Positions 1-12,004 of a DNA stretch of 64,000 nt are shown piece after piece (positions within the stretch are counted from its first letter, which is position 1; every line of letters begins with the position of its first letter). The notes beneath the pieces were generated by a model. It saw nothing but the letters and a program-made list of their open reading frames with translations, was not told the DNA's origin and searched no databases. The stretch is from Lytechinus pictus (taxonomy: Eukaryota), in contig NC_087263.1 of NCBI RefSeq assembly GCF_037042905.1, positions 11,162,001 to 11,226,000 on the forward strand. The letters are read 5' to 3'. Position numbers and translations under genes: made by a program.

Positions 1-159
1 TACTTTGTAATTTACTTATCTCATTTGATGGAATTTAAAGAAATCACGCTTGTTTGATTTTTATATCAGTATTCAACTCGTTTCTGGATGGCGTGGAACT
101 TGAATGGAATCGCTCGTAGTACCATTGCTATTTTGCTATTGTAGTACCATAGCTATTTT

Positions 160-1214
160 GCAAACATTGGTGCTGACCTAGCTGCTAATATACCTCCAAC
201 AGTTCCCCATATTCTTCTCATTGTGATTCTCCCGATTTTTTTTTTTTTCGCTTCATACTGTAACTGAAGACGATGTATTTAATATCATATGTGGCTTGAA
301 AAACAAGAAATCTGTTTGGAATCGATTGTATCTAAAAATCCGTTTTGCTAATGTTATACAATACTCTTATTTTACCATATCTCAGTTACTGTAATATTGT
401 TAGGGCAAATACTCATCCAATTAAACTCAAATGTTTATACCTCCTGCAAAAGAGGGTTGTCAGAATAATTACACTTTCTCATTATCAAGCCCATTCTAGC
501 CCACTATTTAAACATGTCAATATATTAGATGTATACCAATTAAATGACTATATGTGTGCAATTCTCATATCTAAACATGTAAACACTCAACTTCCTAAAT
601 ACATATAGGATATGTTTGTAAAGAACAGTTTAATTCATACTTATAATACTACAAACAGGAATCAATACCACAGATGGAAAGTTAATACAGAATTTGCTTT
701 TTATTCATGTAGGCATCATGCTCCTACAATCTGGAATTCACTCCTTACATGTATAACCTCAATTTCATTTTATAACAGATTTAAGCACAATGTAAAGCTA
801 TATATGATCAAACGTGACTCTCGTTGAATTTTAAATGATTTTTGTCTTCTTTCTACTCTCAATCCCCCCCCCCCCCTCTGCTTTTCATTCTCTCCTACCC
901 TTTACATGTATGTTTATTCTGGGTTTTGTCTTGGTGCAAGACGCAAATCATTTTTAGTTTCTGAATATTTACTGAATTGTTCTCCGCTTTTATTAATTGA
1001 TAAAATCCTATGTTATTAAGGGAGCTGTCTTGACATGACCTTTATCATGTTTATAGTTTTTTACAGCTATACCTAATTTCAATACTTTTTCTATTCAATA
1101 TTTCATGTACATACCATTGAATTACTTTATTTTATCTTGAATTGAATTTTTTATTCAATGTGTTGTTAAATGTTTTTAATATTGGAATTGAATAAAGTTG
1201 AACTGAAGTGAACT
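160..1214 (+). mobile_element. Degraded CR1/L2-group LINE 3' remnant with the RT core internally deleted
   Basis: NIGADLAANIP...VTEDDVFNIICGLKNKKS (pre-RT linker, ~165-315) runs almost directly into C-terminal LYNTLILPYLSYCN...LQKRVVRII...HAPTIWNSL (345-827). AATAAA and a (GAACT)-like tail at 1191-1214. Confidence 0.8.
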
Positions 1215-1220
1215 ATCTCA

Positions 1221-3479
1221 ATGAATATGCTCAAGTTGTCTGCCCCCATCATTGTCCATTCTCTTACTTACCTTATAAACAAATCATTGTCAGATGGTGT
1301 CGTACCAATAGAATGGAAACAGGCTAAATTAATTCCCTTACATAAGGTAACTGAATGTAAAGATGTAAATATGGCTTGGGCAAATTTTAAATCTATATTC
1401 TTGTCAATTATAGATATGAGCGCACCTCTGAAAGAGGTAAGAATTAAGCAATCAACTGAAAAATGGATGAACCATGAAATTATTGTTTTAATTAAAGAGA
1501 GAAATGTAGCTTACAAAAATATGAAAAGGAATATTGGCAATTTAGACCTTGAAAGGAAATATAAAGTTTTAAGGAATTCAGTTCAAAGGAAGGTAAGAAG
1601 TGCCAAAACCGAATACTTTCAAGAACAAATCGAAGAAAACAAACATGACTCTAGAAAATTGTGGAAGAATTTGAAATGTTTAGGTCTAAAAAGTAAAGGG
1701 AAATCTGATCAAAAAACAGTTATTAATGTGCAAGGTGAATTAAGTCACGATAAGGCTAAAATTGCAAATGAGTTTAATCGTTATTTTACAACTGTGGCCG
1801 ACAAGTTAGTTTGTAAATTACCAGTAAATACAAACAAATTTCATGCAGAAAGTGACCAATTTCAAAAGTTTTATGAAGAAAAGGGTATTTTAAAAGGTAG
1901 TTTTCATTTTTCCCCTGTTACAGAAAAATTTGTTTTAGATGAACTAAATAGGTTGAAAATATCAAAAAGTACTGGTTTAGATAAGATACCTGCAAGATTT
2001 TTAAAAGATGGGGCAAGAAATTTGTACAAACCTTTGAATTATGTTATTAATTTATCTCTTATGTCTTCTACCTTTCCTGATGATATGAAATTCGCAAAAG
2101 TTACCCCGCTACATAAAAAGAAAGATAAAACTGACGTTAGTAATTATAGGCCAATAAGTGTATTAAGTGTAGTGTCGAAGATTTTGGAAAAATCTGTTCA
2201 TGCTCAAGTGGAGAAATACTTCCAAGAAACCAACCTAATATATAAATTTCAGTCCGGCTTTCGTAACGGATATTCCACTGAAACTTGTTTAATACATTTA
2301 ACAGATTTTATCAGGAATGAAATTTCACATGGGCGCATGGTTGGAATGGTTCTCCTAGACTTACAAAAAGCCTTTGATACTGTAAATCATAGCATACTTT
2401 TAAAGAAATTAGAAGTGCTGGGTTTAGACTCTGCATGTGTGACATGGTTTAGATCATATTTATCTAACCGTCATCAGGTAGTTACCATGCAGACGGTTCT
2501 TTCTGATTCACTGCCTATTAAATGCGGAGTCCCTCAAGGAAGCATTTTAGGCCCCATTCTTTTTATGTCTTACATCAATGATATGTGTACTTGTATTAAC
2601 GAATCTAAATTAATTTTATATGCTGATGATAGTGTCTTGCTATATTCGGATACAAAACCCAAGATAATTGATAAAAAACTTAGTGCTGATTTGGCTAATT
2701 GCATCGAATGGATGTCTGACAACAAGCTTAGTTTACACGTTGGGAAAACGGAAAGCATTTTATTTTGTTCTAAACGAAAGTTAAGAAATACACACGATTT
2801 CAAGGTTTCATATAATAATCAGGTAATTGAAAGAAAAGATTCAGTAAGATATTTGGGAATTAATTTAACAAGTAACCTATCATGGACGGGTTTGGTAGAC
2901 TCAATCGCCAAAAAGGCTAATTCACGCTTGAAATTTTTGTATAGATATCAAACCTGTTTGAATATGAAGTCTAGACGTATTTTATGCTTTGCGTTAATAC
3001 AATGTTTATTCGACTATGCTAATGCGGCTTGGTACGGTAGTCTGGGTGTTACGGATAAGAAAAAGCTAAGAATAATTCAAAATAAAATTGTGAGATATAT
3101 AAATGTTTTAGGACCAAGAGCACATGTCGGATATAATGAACTTGAAAAGGCAGGATTGCTTCATGTAGATCACAGGTCACAACAATTAGTATTACACCAC
3201 GTGCATAAAATATTCTATTCGGATAAATTAGATCATTATATAGCAAATAATTTCACCCGGGTATCAAATATCCATAGGTACGATACTCGAAATAGTAATT
3301 TTAATTTCGTATTACCAAAACGTGAAGGACATATTGGAAACACTTTTTATTTTAATGGCATCCAATCTTGGAATGCTCTTCCTGATAAAATAAAAGCCGT
3401 TAAATTCTTTTGTCAATTTAAGAGTGCATTAAAAAATCATCTAAAACTGGAAGCTGCCCGAGAACAGCATTACCAGTAA
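1221..3479 (+). CDS. Chimeric LINE reverse transcriptase ORF (752 aa), endonuclease-less; not a host gene
   Basis: ORF track plus non-LTR RT motifs. The first 42 aa come from the older LINE and the remainder from the inserted LINE. Confidence 0.75.
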   Translation: MNMLKLSAPIIVHSLTYLINKSLSDGVVPIEWKQAKLIPLHKVTECKDVNMAWANFKSIFLSIIDMSAPLKEVRIKQSTEKWMNHEIIVLIKERNVAYKNMKRNIGNLDLERKYKVLRNSVQRKVRSAKTEYFQEQIEENKHDSRKLWKNLKCLGLKSKGKSDQKTVINVQGELSHDKAKIANEFNRYFTTVADKLVCKLPVNTNKFHAESDQFQKFYEEKGILKGSFHFSPVTEKFVLDELNRLKISKSTGLDKIPARFLKDGARNLYKPLNYVINLSLMSSTFPDDMKFAKVTPLHKKKDKTDVSNYRPISVLSVVSKILEKSVHAQVEKYFQETNLIYKFQSGFRNGYSTETCLIHLTDFIRNEISHGRMVGMVLLDLQKAFDTVNHSILLKKLEVLGLDSACVTWFRSYLSNRHQVVTMQTVLSDSLPIKCGVPQGSILGPILFMSYINDMCTCINESKLILYADDSVLLYSDTKPKIIDKKLSADLANCIEWMSDNKLSLHVGKTESILFCSKRKLRNTHDFKVSYNNQVIERKDSVRYLGINLTSNLSWTGLVDSIAKKANSRLKFLYRYQTCLNMKSRRILCFALIQCLFDYANAAWYGSLGVTDKKKLRIIQNKIVRYINVLGPRAHVGYNELEKAGLLHVDHRSQQLVLHHVHKIFYSDKLDHYIANNFTRVSNIHRYDTRNSNFNFVLPKREGHIGNTFYFNGIQSWNALPDKIKAVKFFCQFKSALKNHLKLEAAREQHYQ

Positions 3480-3838
3480 AATAACACATTTTGTACAGTT
3501 GGTTTCTAGTATTGTAGATAATGTATACATTAGGGTATGTTAAAATATAATCTTGTTTCACATATTAGGAAGATTATTGTTTGCTTCAGATGTTTGCAAA
3601 TTATATGACTGATGGATATGTTTGTATGTATTTCATTTTTCCCCCCAATATTCCAGTACTTGTCGTAGTTTATATTTTTTGTTACAATATGTTAACGTTT
3701 TATACTAACTATAGGACCCCATTGGAAATAAGCCTTTCGGCTTTCATGGGCTATCCTGTCAAGGTATTTCCTCAATTTTATTGTAATCTCCTGTGATATT
3801 CTTGACGAATAAAATCAATCAAATCAATCAATCAATCA
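1347..3838 (+). mobile_element. Young, 5'-truncated CR1/L2-group (Crack/Daphne/L2-like) LINE with an uninterrupted RT frame
   Basis: 710 stop-free codons to 3479 with NYRPISVL, QSGFR, LDLQKAFDTV, GVPQGSILGP, YADD and VRYLGI motifs. No endonuclease domain. 3'UTR stem-loop GGACCCC...GGGCTATCC at ~3714-3756, then AATAAA and an (AATC)n tail at 3808-3838. Confidence 0.93.
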
Positions 3839-5788
3839 AACAAATCATCCCCTTCAAATTGTCGTCCAATCGCTATACTCTCTCCTGTTTCCAAAATTAT
3901 GGAGAAAGTAGTTCAAAAGCAGTTAACCAAGTATTTAAGAACTAATAATATACTTTCAATGGAACCGTCTGGTTTTAGTAAAAAACATTCGACCATAAAC
4001 GTCTCTTATTCGAGTTACAGATGATTGGCTGCGCGCCACTGACTCTGGTTTAAATACTGGAGCCGTTTTTTTCCATATGAAAAAGGCGTTCGATACGATC
4101 GAACATCATAATTTGTTGAAGAAACTCAAATCAATTGGAATATCTAATGATAGTCTCTTATGGTTCGAAAGTTATCTGAGAAATCGTCAAATCAGTATAT
4201 CATTAGCTCTACGTTATCTGATCCTTTTCTTGTGAGTTATGGAGTACCACAAGGCTCAATGTTGGGCCCTATTTTATTTACTATACATATAGATGACATA
4301 GTTAAACAAGTTAAGTACTGTCAAATCTATCTATACGCTGATGATTCTGTTTTGTATTTTTCTGGTAATGACGTAAATCTCATTGAAAGCAATTTAAATG
4401 CTGATCTAAAACGTATATAGGAATGGATGTGTTTAAGTAAATCAAGTATTAATATCGACAAAACTGAAAGTATGTTATTTGGGTCACGTCATATGTTGTC
4501 TGTGCACAGGTCTCTTAATGTCAGAATTTCAGGAAAATATATTCAGGTTAAAGAATTTGTGAAATATTTGGGGGTCTTTATTGACCCAGAGTTAAAAATG
4601 GAATTGCCACATTAATAAACTTTGTGCTAAAACCAGTAAATTAGTAAATTTCCTTGGTCGGCTTCGTTCATTTTTAAATGAGGATAGTCTAAATTAATCT
4701 ACCGTCCAGTAATTTTGCCATTGTTTGATTATGCTGATGTAGTCTTTGATTCATCAAATTTGAAATGTACCCAGCAATTGCAAAAAAATACAAAATAGAG
4801 CTTGTAGAATAATACTCAAAATTATTCCGTATAAATATATATTTAACCATACTGTTCATCAACTCTTAAACTGGGAGTCATTAAAATCAAGGCGTAAAAA
4901 GCATATTCTTTTAATGATTTATAAGAGTCTGAATGGTCTTAGTGCGTCTTACTTGAATAATATATTTCAGTTTTCAACTCATAAATATTCTCTCCGTTCT
5001 GATAAAAATCTTTCTCTCCCGAAACCACGGACTGAATACTGTAGTAGAATGTTTTCATACAGGGGTATGACATATTTTAATGAATTGCCACGTGATGCTA
5101 AATGTTCTGTTTCTTATAGTTCATTTAATAACGTAGTTAATAACCACATCTTAAATTGGGTCTGACTGCACATTATTCTCTGTTGCTCAATTCCTATACA
5201 TTGAAATGTAGGGTGTGTTAAAGTAGGGGGAGGGTGGGGGCTAGATGTTATGACCGATTAGTTTTATTTCTTATTGTTTTGGTATGTTAGTTTTATATTG
5301 TGTATAATTGATATCTGTGTAATTTTCTTTTATGCTATAATAATATGAGGACCCCTCGGTAGACCAGCAGCACCATGATTGATGCTGCTGAGCAGGGCCA
5401 TCCTCCCGTTTTTCATTTATCAATTCACATGTATCATTTTATATGTATTTTTATTTGTATTTTAACGGAAATAAATTCAATTCAATTCAATTCAAATTGC
5501 AGACGATAAATAATGTCGATATATTAGTTAGTGCATTTTCTTCCATACTGTTGTTTTAGGTGATAATATTTGTTATGTATTTAAATGGGTATATTCCAGA
5601 ATCATATGGCGTTTTATTGCGGATAATAAACAGATTCGTTTTTCTTTGATTACTTGATGTGACATGATTATTTCATTGTTTTCTTTGAGTTTAGTTTCCA
5701 AATCCTGACTTTGTTAATCACAGATTGATAATGCATACAGATTCCCTAAAGGCCGAAGCTTTTGGCTTTTGGCCTGTAAATTATCAGA

Positions 5789-6130
5789 AGCAAGTTAGCT
5801 AAGTCGGTAAAAACATAGTGTCTGCCTGTCGCACCAAAGGTCGTGGGTTCGAGTCCACCCTCGGCGGATGACTGAAGCCTGTGATATGTGTAAAAGTGTC
5901 CCCCCCTTGTTTCATAGATGTAAACTATGTTACAGTGGAGAATTCCTTCGAATGGGATGTTAAATGGAGGTTCCTTCGGATGGGATGTTCAATGGAGACC
6001 CTGTGTATAGAGGACAGCCACCACCTTTGCACGTTAACAACCCACAGGGAAAAACTCTGGTGTAGTGGTCCATCTACACTCGCCCAGTCAGTGAGATCGG
6101 GAAGAAAGACCCGATTATCACGCCAAAATA
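5789..6130 (+). mobile_element. tRNA-derived SINE
   Basis: A-box-like TAGCTAAGTCGG (5796-5807), B box GGTTCGAGTCC (5846-5856), and a ~270-bp body ending in an AAT/GAT triplet tail. Confidence 0.75.
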
Positions 6131-6340
6131 ATAATGATGATGATTGATGATGTTAATAATACTAATACTAATACTACTACTACTACTACTTCTTATAATA
6201 ATAATAATAATAATGATAATAATAATGATTTTGATAATAATAATATTAATGATATTAATAATAAAAATTACTATAAGTATAATAAATAACTACTATAATA
6301 ATAATTATGATGATAATGAAAATAATGATGATAATAATAA
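6127..6340. repeat. (AAT/GAT/ACT)n microsatellite
   Basis: Direct inspection. Confidence 0.9.
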
Positions 6341-6600
6341 TGGGGGGGGGGGACAAGAGAAGTTTTGATAATACCCTTGATGCTTTACTAATGCATGATA
6401 TAGGCTCTCTAGGAACAATCAGTTGGTATGATTATCAAATCCTTTGAAATTGTATTGGTTATTACTTATATGTTTGCTTGCCACAACACAAGAACGTCAT
6501 TATACTTTTCCCAGTACTCAATTCTTTAACAAACAATCGACACGTTCGTTTTCAAAGCTATCACCAGAGGCATTAACATGATTACTTTTTTTTGTTTTGA

Positions 6601-6997
6601 ATAATATTTTATTTTCTCCCTCTTTCAAATCAATAAGTTGACAATCACAATTCATATAAATAAAGATTCTTTGCATGTATACAATCAATAAACAATCAAA
6701 CAAATAAATATATCAATATCAATGAGATTACAAATATTTTTAAAATGATTACAAATGAAATTAAACTTCCAAATAATTACATTTTGGATATTAAATCTAT
6801 CTAATCATATCCGTCTATCTATCTATCTATAATATTTTATTTTCTTCCTCTTTCAAATCAATAAGTTGATAATCACAATTCATATAAATAAAGATTCTTT
6901 GCATGTATACAATCAATAAACAATCAAACAAATAAATATATCAATATCAATGAGATTACAAATATTTTTAAAATGATTACAACTGAAATTAAACTTC
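6601..6997. repeat. Local direct duplication of ~168 bp (6601-6769 and 6829-6997)
   Basis: Near-identical copies, ATAATATTTTATTTTCT...GAAATTAAACTTC, offset by 228 bp. Confidence 0.92.
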
Positions 6998-8407
6998 AAG
7001 ATTTCTCTTTTTTATGTGAAAAAAAAAAACTCTTATAACTTTTCCCCAAAAAAGTACATAATATAGCATAAAATTATTTCAATATTTTTAATATCAAAAT
7101 TATGTCAAATCAAATAAACTACTTTTTTCATGAAACTCTATGCTCCTTTAAGAGGAAGATTACATATATATAATCTTTCACTCACCCACGCACCCTCACA
7201 CACATACACGAACACAAAAACCCTCACGCACACATACAACAGGTAGCACATCCGTTCCGGTCTGTCGATCTGTAACTTTGTATCATTGAAAAAAAAATAA
7301 TAATAAAATAAAATAGAATATGATATGATAAATGATAAATCAAAGAAATGCACCAATTTGTTCCCATTTTCTTAAGTGTACTCCCAAATTCCCTGTTTTC
7401 TTGGCTATATTATATTCTTCTTTTCTGTAACCTTTAATCATATCTGTTGTTTTTTGTACGGACGATGATTACAACTGGCAACAACTGGTGAATACTGCCA
7501 TCTACGTTTAATATGTTTAAGCTGTATATCTTAACAGCGCACAGATGAGTGATTCAGACTCCTATTCACTCACGTCTCAAATCACAGCACACACACACAC
7601 AAACCCATAAAGTAAAACCATTCTATGGATTTCATTTTAATTCACCGAAATTAGTCGCAGCTCACATTACTAAAAAAGGTAGGTTAATTGGGTATTTGTC
7701 CAGGTTAAAGAAAAGAAGACCCGACACAAGACTAACCATAATTTCAGTCAATTTACAGTGAGGACATAAAAGAAAAGGAACTGCAAGGCCGATAACATCA
7801 ATTGAAATAAGATTGTTTAAATAAAACTTAGCTTCTACACTCATTCAATGGCAGCAAAAAGAATTAAACTGCAAAATGTATATAGTTTAGCACGCTCATT
7901 TGAAGATCATTCATAAAATAGCCCGGTAATTGCACCCCCTTCGAATTTTAACTGATAGCTTCTTCAGGTGTTCGCACTGATGGTGTCACATGTGCAATTA
8001 TTCCCCCTATAAACACGCGTGTTAATTACAGTAAACAACAACATCAACAACAATTTGACGTTAAAAAAAATAATTATAAAAATATAAAACGGATGGATAG
8101 CCCATATTCAGTTTTATCAACGTGGCAATACTGTTCTGCCAATGTGGACCATGGAAAAAAATCATGCAAAATAAGGATTACTTTGGTTGCGGGCCTGATC
8201 GAAATAAAACGAATGAAACGTAACTCTCAAGCATAAAATATTACAGAATGCGCTGAAAATTCCATTGGATTCATAAAGAATCAACAAACTTATACATATT
8301 TAAAGATTCGCTGTCACTATAATATTACATCGTCATGATAATTTTGCATATTGTTACATTATTGGCCCGGTACAAAATTCCTGAAGCTTTAGAGAGGAGG
8401 GATGTAG

Positions 8408-8568
8408 GAAGTCTGCTGTGCAAACCCTTCACTCGAGTTAAGGGTCTAAATGTACAGCCTATACTTATGACTTGTGTACTGAAGGCCCTCTCGCTCCTGA
8501 ATTGAAACAGCAAGTTTTGTATGTGCTAGTCTTTGCGTGGAGACACACTTACTGATTAAAGTTTCAAT
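8408..8568 (+). repeat. Unclassified dispersed repeat, copy 1 (others at 27350-27517 and 29128-29243)
   Basis: Shared blocks AGTTAAGGGTCT.AAT..CAGCCT, ATGACTTG.GTACTGAAGGCC, TTTGCGTGGAGAC and AAAGTTTCAAT. Confidence 0.8.
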
Positions 8569-8988
8569 GATGAGGGAGGAGGCGGGGGGATGCCACTGAA
8601 ATATTCCATTCTCCAACTCATATTCACATTAAATTTTGTCTGGGATACTTAATGAAATCCATCTCACTCGAAGGTAACCTGATTTCTCTACATTTTTTTT
8701 TTCCGTTGGATATAGGCCTATTAATTGGCGCCTTGATTGTTTCCATTCAAGGGATCAAAATGATTGTAAGTTTTCTGGAAGATTTTTTTTTCGTATCCAA
8801 GGCCAATGAACCAATTAGCGCGGAAACCCGGCTTCAGTCTATATTCAGACTGTCTTGTGAGCCGCAGGGGTTTCATGTGAGTGTGTGTGCGTATATGGGT
8901 GCATTGGTGTGCATGTTGGGAGGGAGCTCACGTTGACAACCCTGAACACTGTGCATCCTCGCCGAAATTGATGTCAGTCTTTGCAATG

Positions 8989-9176
8989 CACTCTTAGAAT
9001 GTTGGGCAACATACTGTCCACACAACAATTGGTTAATCCAACTCTGGGTAGTTTTCAACCAACACTGTGAAGTTTTCACTCAAAGCACATATTATTGGTT
9101 TAAAACTACCGAGAATTGGATAAAGTTTTAAACAATTGTTGTGTGGACAGTATGATGCCCAACATTTTTAAGAGTG
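8989..9176. mobile_element. CACTA/EnSpm-like MITE
   Basis: TIRs CACTCTTAGAATGTTGGGCAACATACTGTCCACACAACAATTG / CAATTGTTGTGTGGACAGTATGATGCCCAACATTTTTAAGAGTG; 2-bp TSD TG. Confidence 0.88.
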
Positions 9177-9302
9177 TGGAATTAAAAGAACAAACACCAA
9201 AAGAAACCAAAATTTAGGAGTTGAGAGAATTCGGAAGAAGATAATCAATCGAATCGATGATTTTAAGTTATGACTTCAAGAGATCAAATGCGACTAGGTT
9301 AT

Positions 9303-9559
9303 CAATGTAAAAAAATCTTGGGTAAAATGTTCACCACCATGAGGGTAATTATGCATGTGTCCCTCCAATTTAGGGTAGTATTTTACCCAATGCGCGAAGT
9401 ATATTGTCCAGTAAGGTTAAAAAATGAGCATCAATTACTTATGAATGTATAACATTTTCACCACGCTGGATAAATCAAAATGCCCAAACGAAATGCCCAA
9501 TGTTGGGTGGACATATAATTACCCTCATAAAGCACTTTTACCCAATATTTTTTAGAGTG
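9303..9559. mobile_element. CACTA-like MITE, family shared with 12259-12498 and 40611-40848
   Basis: Colinear similarity (TTGGGTAAAA..CACCAC, TTTACCCAATGCG, AAATGCCCAATGTTGG, GCACTTTTACCCA); right end AGAGTG. Confidence 0.8.
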
Positions 9560-9586
9560 TATATAATGTCATGTGATATAAATTGA

Positions 9587-10020
9587 CCAGTTCGTAGTTA
9601 CTTCTGGACAATTTTGGTCAAATGACCTTTCATTTCTTTCATTAAGATAGGCAGATTTCAAAGCAAGATATTACGTATGCATGCCTAACATAGCGGGATG
9701 AAAAAATTGAATAGACCAGGTGACTAGAATAGCACATCAATACCTGTGAAGGTATTTGTTGCATTTCTACTCTGAACGCATCGAGGATCTTGTACAATGT
9801 ACTTGACAAACTGTGAATTATACCAGTCATTCGTGGACGCATTGTTTTTTGTGGATGTGAATGAAAAACACAATTCAAAAGAATATATGAATAATCAAGA
9901 CATCGAAGTTGGTGCTTATCTCATTAAATTGTAAACCACCATGTCACTTTAGTACAAATGACCTTCCTCTGATCATGCGCAGACTCTTCTGATCATGCGC
10001 AGAGTGTAACTACGAACTGG
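9587..10020. mobile_element. Non-autonomous TIR element (second copy at 38207-38837)
   Basis: Perfect 15-bp TIR CCAGTTCGTAGTTAC / GTAACTACGAACTGG; full-length similarity to the second copy. Superfamily not determined. Confidence 0.85.
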
Positions 10021-12004
10021 CTTATTCCATAAAACACCATTGTTTAAGTAAATTGAAAATGGTTTATACCTAGTGTACACAGAAAATCATCAGACACGAC
10101 GCATACATTGCATACAAACTACTGCAAAATACTCTTCGTCATCATCAACCATTTGATAAATGTGATTATAAACTGAATAGCGGCTCGCATAATATGACGT
10201 CATAAATTCCAAACTTTTAAAATCCATATTTTTATGATGGATGTTCCATCAATATTTTTTTATGATATATCAGCTGTCACTCAAGATTAGTCATTATTAG
10301 GATGAACTTCTCATTTTATTTATCTTTAGACATGGCAATTGTGTTTAGTACCATTAGCCTATATATATATATATATAAATATATATCAGACTCGAGATCG
10401 CATCTTTTTTTGCGCTTCATCTACTGTTTCATTGGACAATAGTTTACAACTTGAAAATGCGTCCTGAAATTGGTTATACCTTAAACGAGCTTTAAAGTCC
10501 TTGCCACGCGCCACTTGATGTACTAAGAGGCGGGGTGATCTTTTGCACAATTGAATTATTCCTCGAAGGGTTTACAACGAAAATAATTACATTTTGTACA
10601 AAAAATAGTGTTAATAAAGAAATATACATCGAATTTCGACCTCCATTATAGGTTGCTTCCCAATTAAAGGAAGGTAGAGATCCTCCAGGCAAGGGCATTT
10701 CGTACCTGTTCTATTTCTGTCTATAATCTGTGCCTGATTAGGGTGTTATATACTGTGAATGCAGGGGGCACGCGTTGCGAATCACATAAAATGCAAATTT
10801 CAACAAAACGATGAAGTCCTGAGAAATCAATGGAAGTAAATGAAAGGAAAATCGAAAATGAGGTGAAAAACGAAGGCAAATTAAAGTTCTTTATTTCTTT
10901 TTTCCTTCTTTTTGAAGCTTCTACGTATTTACTTGTTATTTCGAATTCGTCCGTCTTCCTCGTTTTCTTGTTTTCCTCCTCTTCATAATTCTTCTTCTCC
11001 GTGAAGCGTGGAAGATAGGTCACTCAGACCACTTTAATACATCGTTAAAATATTTCAAAATGTCTCAAAATAAACCCCGCAAAGAAAAGAAATACGAATT
11101 ACAGTATATTTAATATTAAAGTAAACTATTACTGAATAATCCAAACATAAATAATATAATAATTTCATCCAAACAGCCAAATGTCTCCAAAACGCAATGA
11201 CAATTTCTTGTAAAAGATATTTATTTGCTACAATAACTACAACCAGAAAATATGATTCATTCAGTTTGTGTTTCACATGTTTCAGTTGATTTTCAGTTGG
11301 ACGGCGGAATTTTACGTGCGCTTGAACCAGATTTTGGTGGAACTGTGTTTTCTTGTAAAAAATGATGTATCGCTTTCGATTAGCTGAAAGCAAAGAATTG
11401 AGGCATAATGATTCAAAAATACAATTAGTTCTGCAAACGCGTCAGGTTTGCGGCGGAGTACGAGAAAACCACACATCCCCACCTCTTTCCGGTGGGTTCC
11501 AGATATTACAAGGTGTAAAACTTCAGAATTTTATTACTAATTTGTCAAACTTAACAAGGCATGTAATTGATACAAATCATGCACTATTAAGATTGAATAA
11601 TATATAGCCACAATTGCATCACCACACTACCATGACTTTCATGAGTAAAATAATGGTAGGAGCATTGACTATCTACCTCGGTGGCAATGCAACCTTGTGT
11701 AAAATATTGTCCAGTGATATTAACGGTATTGTAAAGTTAATGATATACCATTTATAGTTGCAATATTGATTTCATGTGAAAGCACTCAAATAACAACAGA
11801 ATTGTTTACCATCTTTAGACACCACTCAGTGTAGTTGAGAATTCCTTTGATATATTAAAACGAAGCATTTTCGTACACACCGCTTTGTTTTAGACGCAAA
11901 ATCAAATGATATTACATTTTTGGTTTATTTAAATGAGAAGAAATAAAATAAACTTCACATTATTTGCTCAATATCTTCGAAAGAAAAGTACCTCATTACT
12001 GTTA

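Larger units (their letters stand above)
1221..5495 (+). mobile_element. Older, decayed CR1/L2-group LINE interrupted by a younger LINE at 1347-3838
   Basis: 1221-1346 encodes ...LINKSLSDGVVPIEWKQAKLIPLHK. The sequence resumes at 3842 as KSSPSNCRPIAILSPVSKIMEKVVQKQL, followed by frameshifted GVPQGSMLGP, YADD and VKYLGV fragments, a stop at 5165, and AATAAA plus an (ATTCA)n tail at ~5469-5495. Confidence 0.88.
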
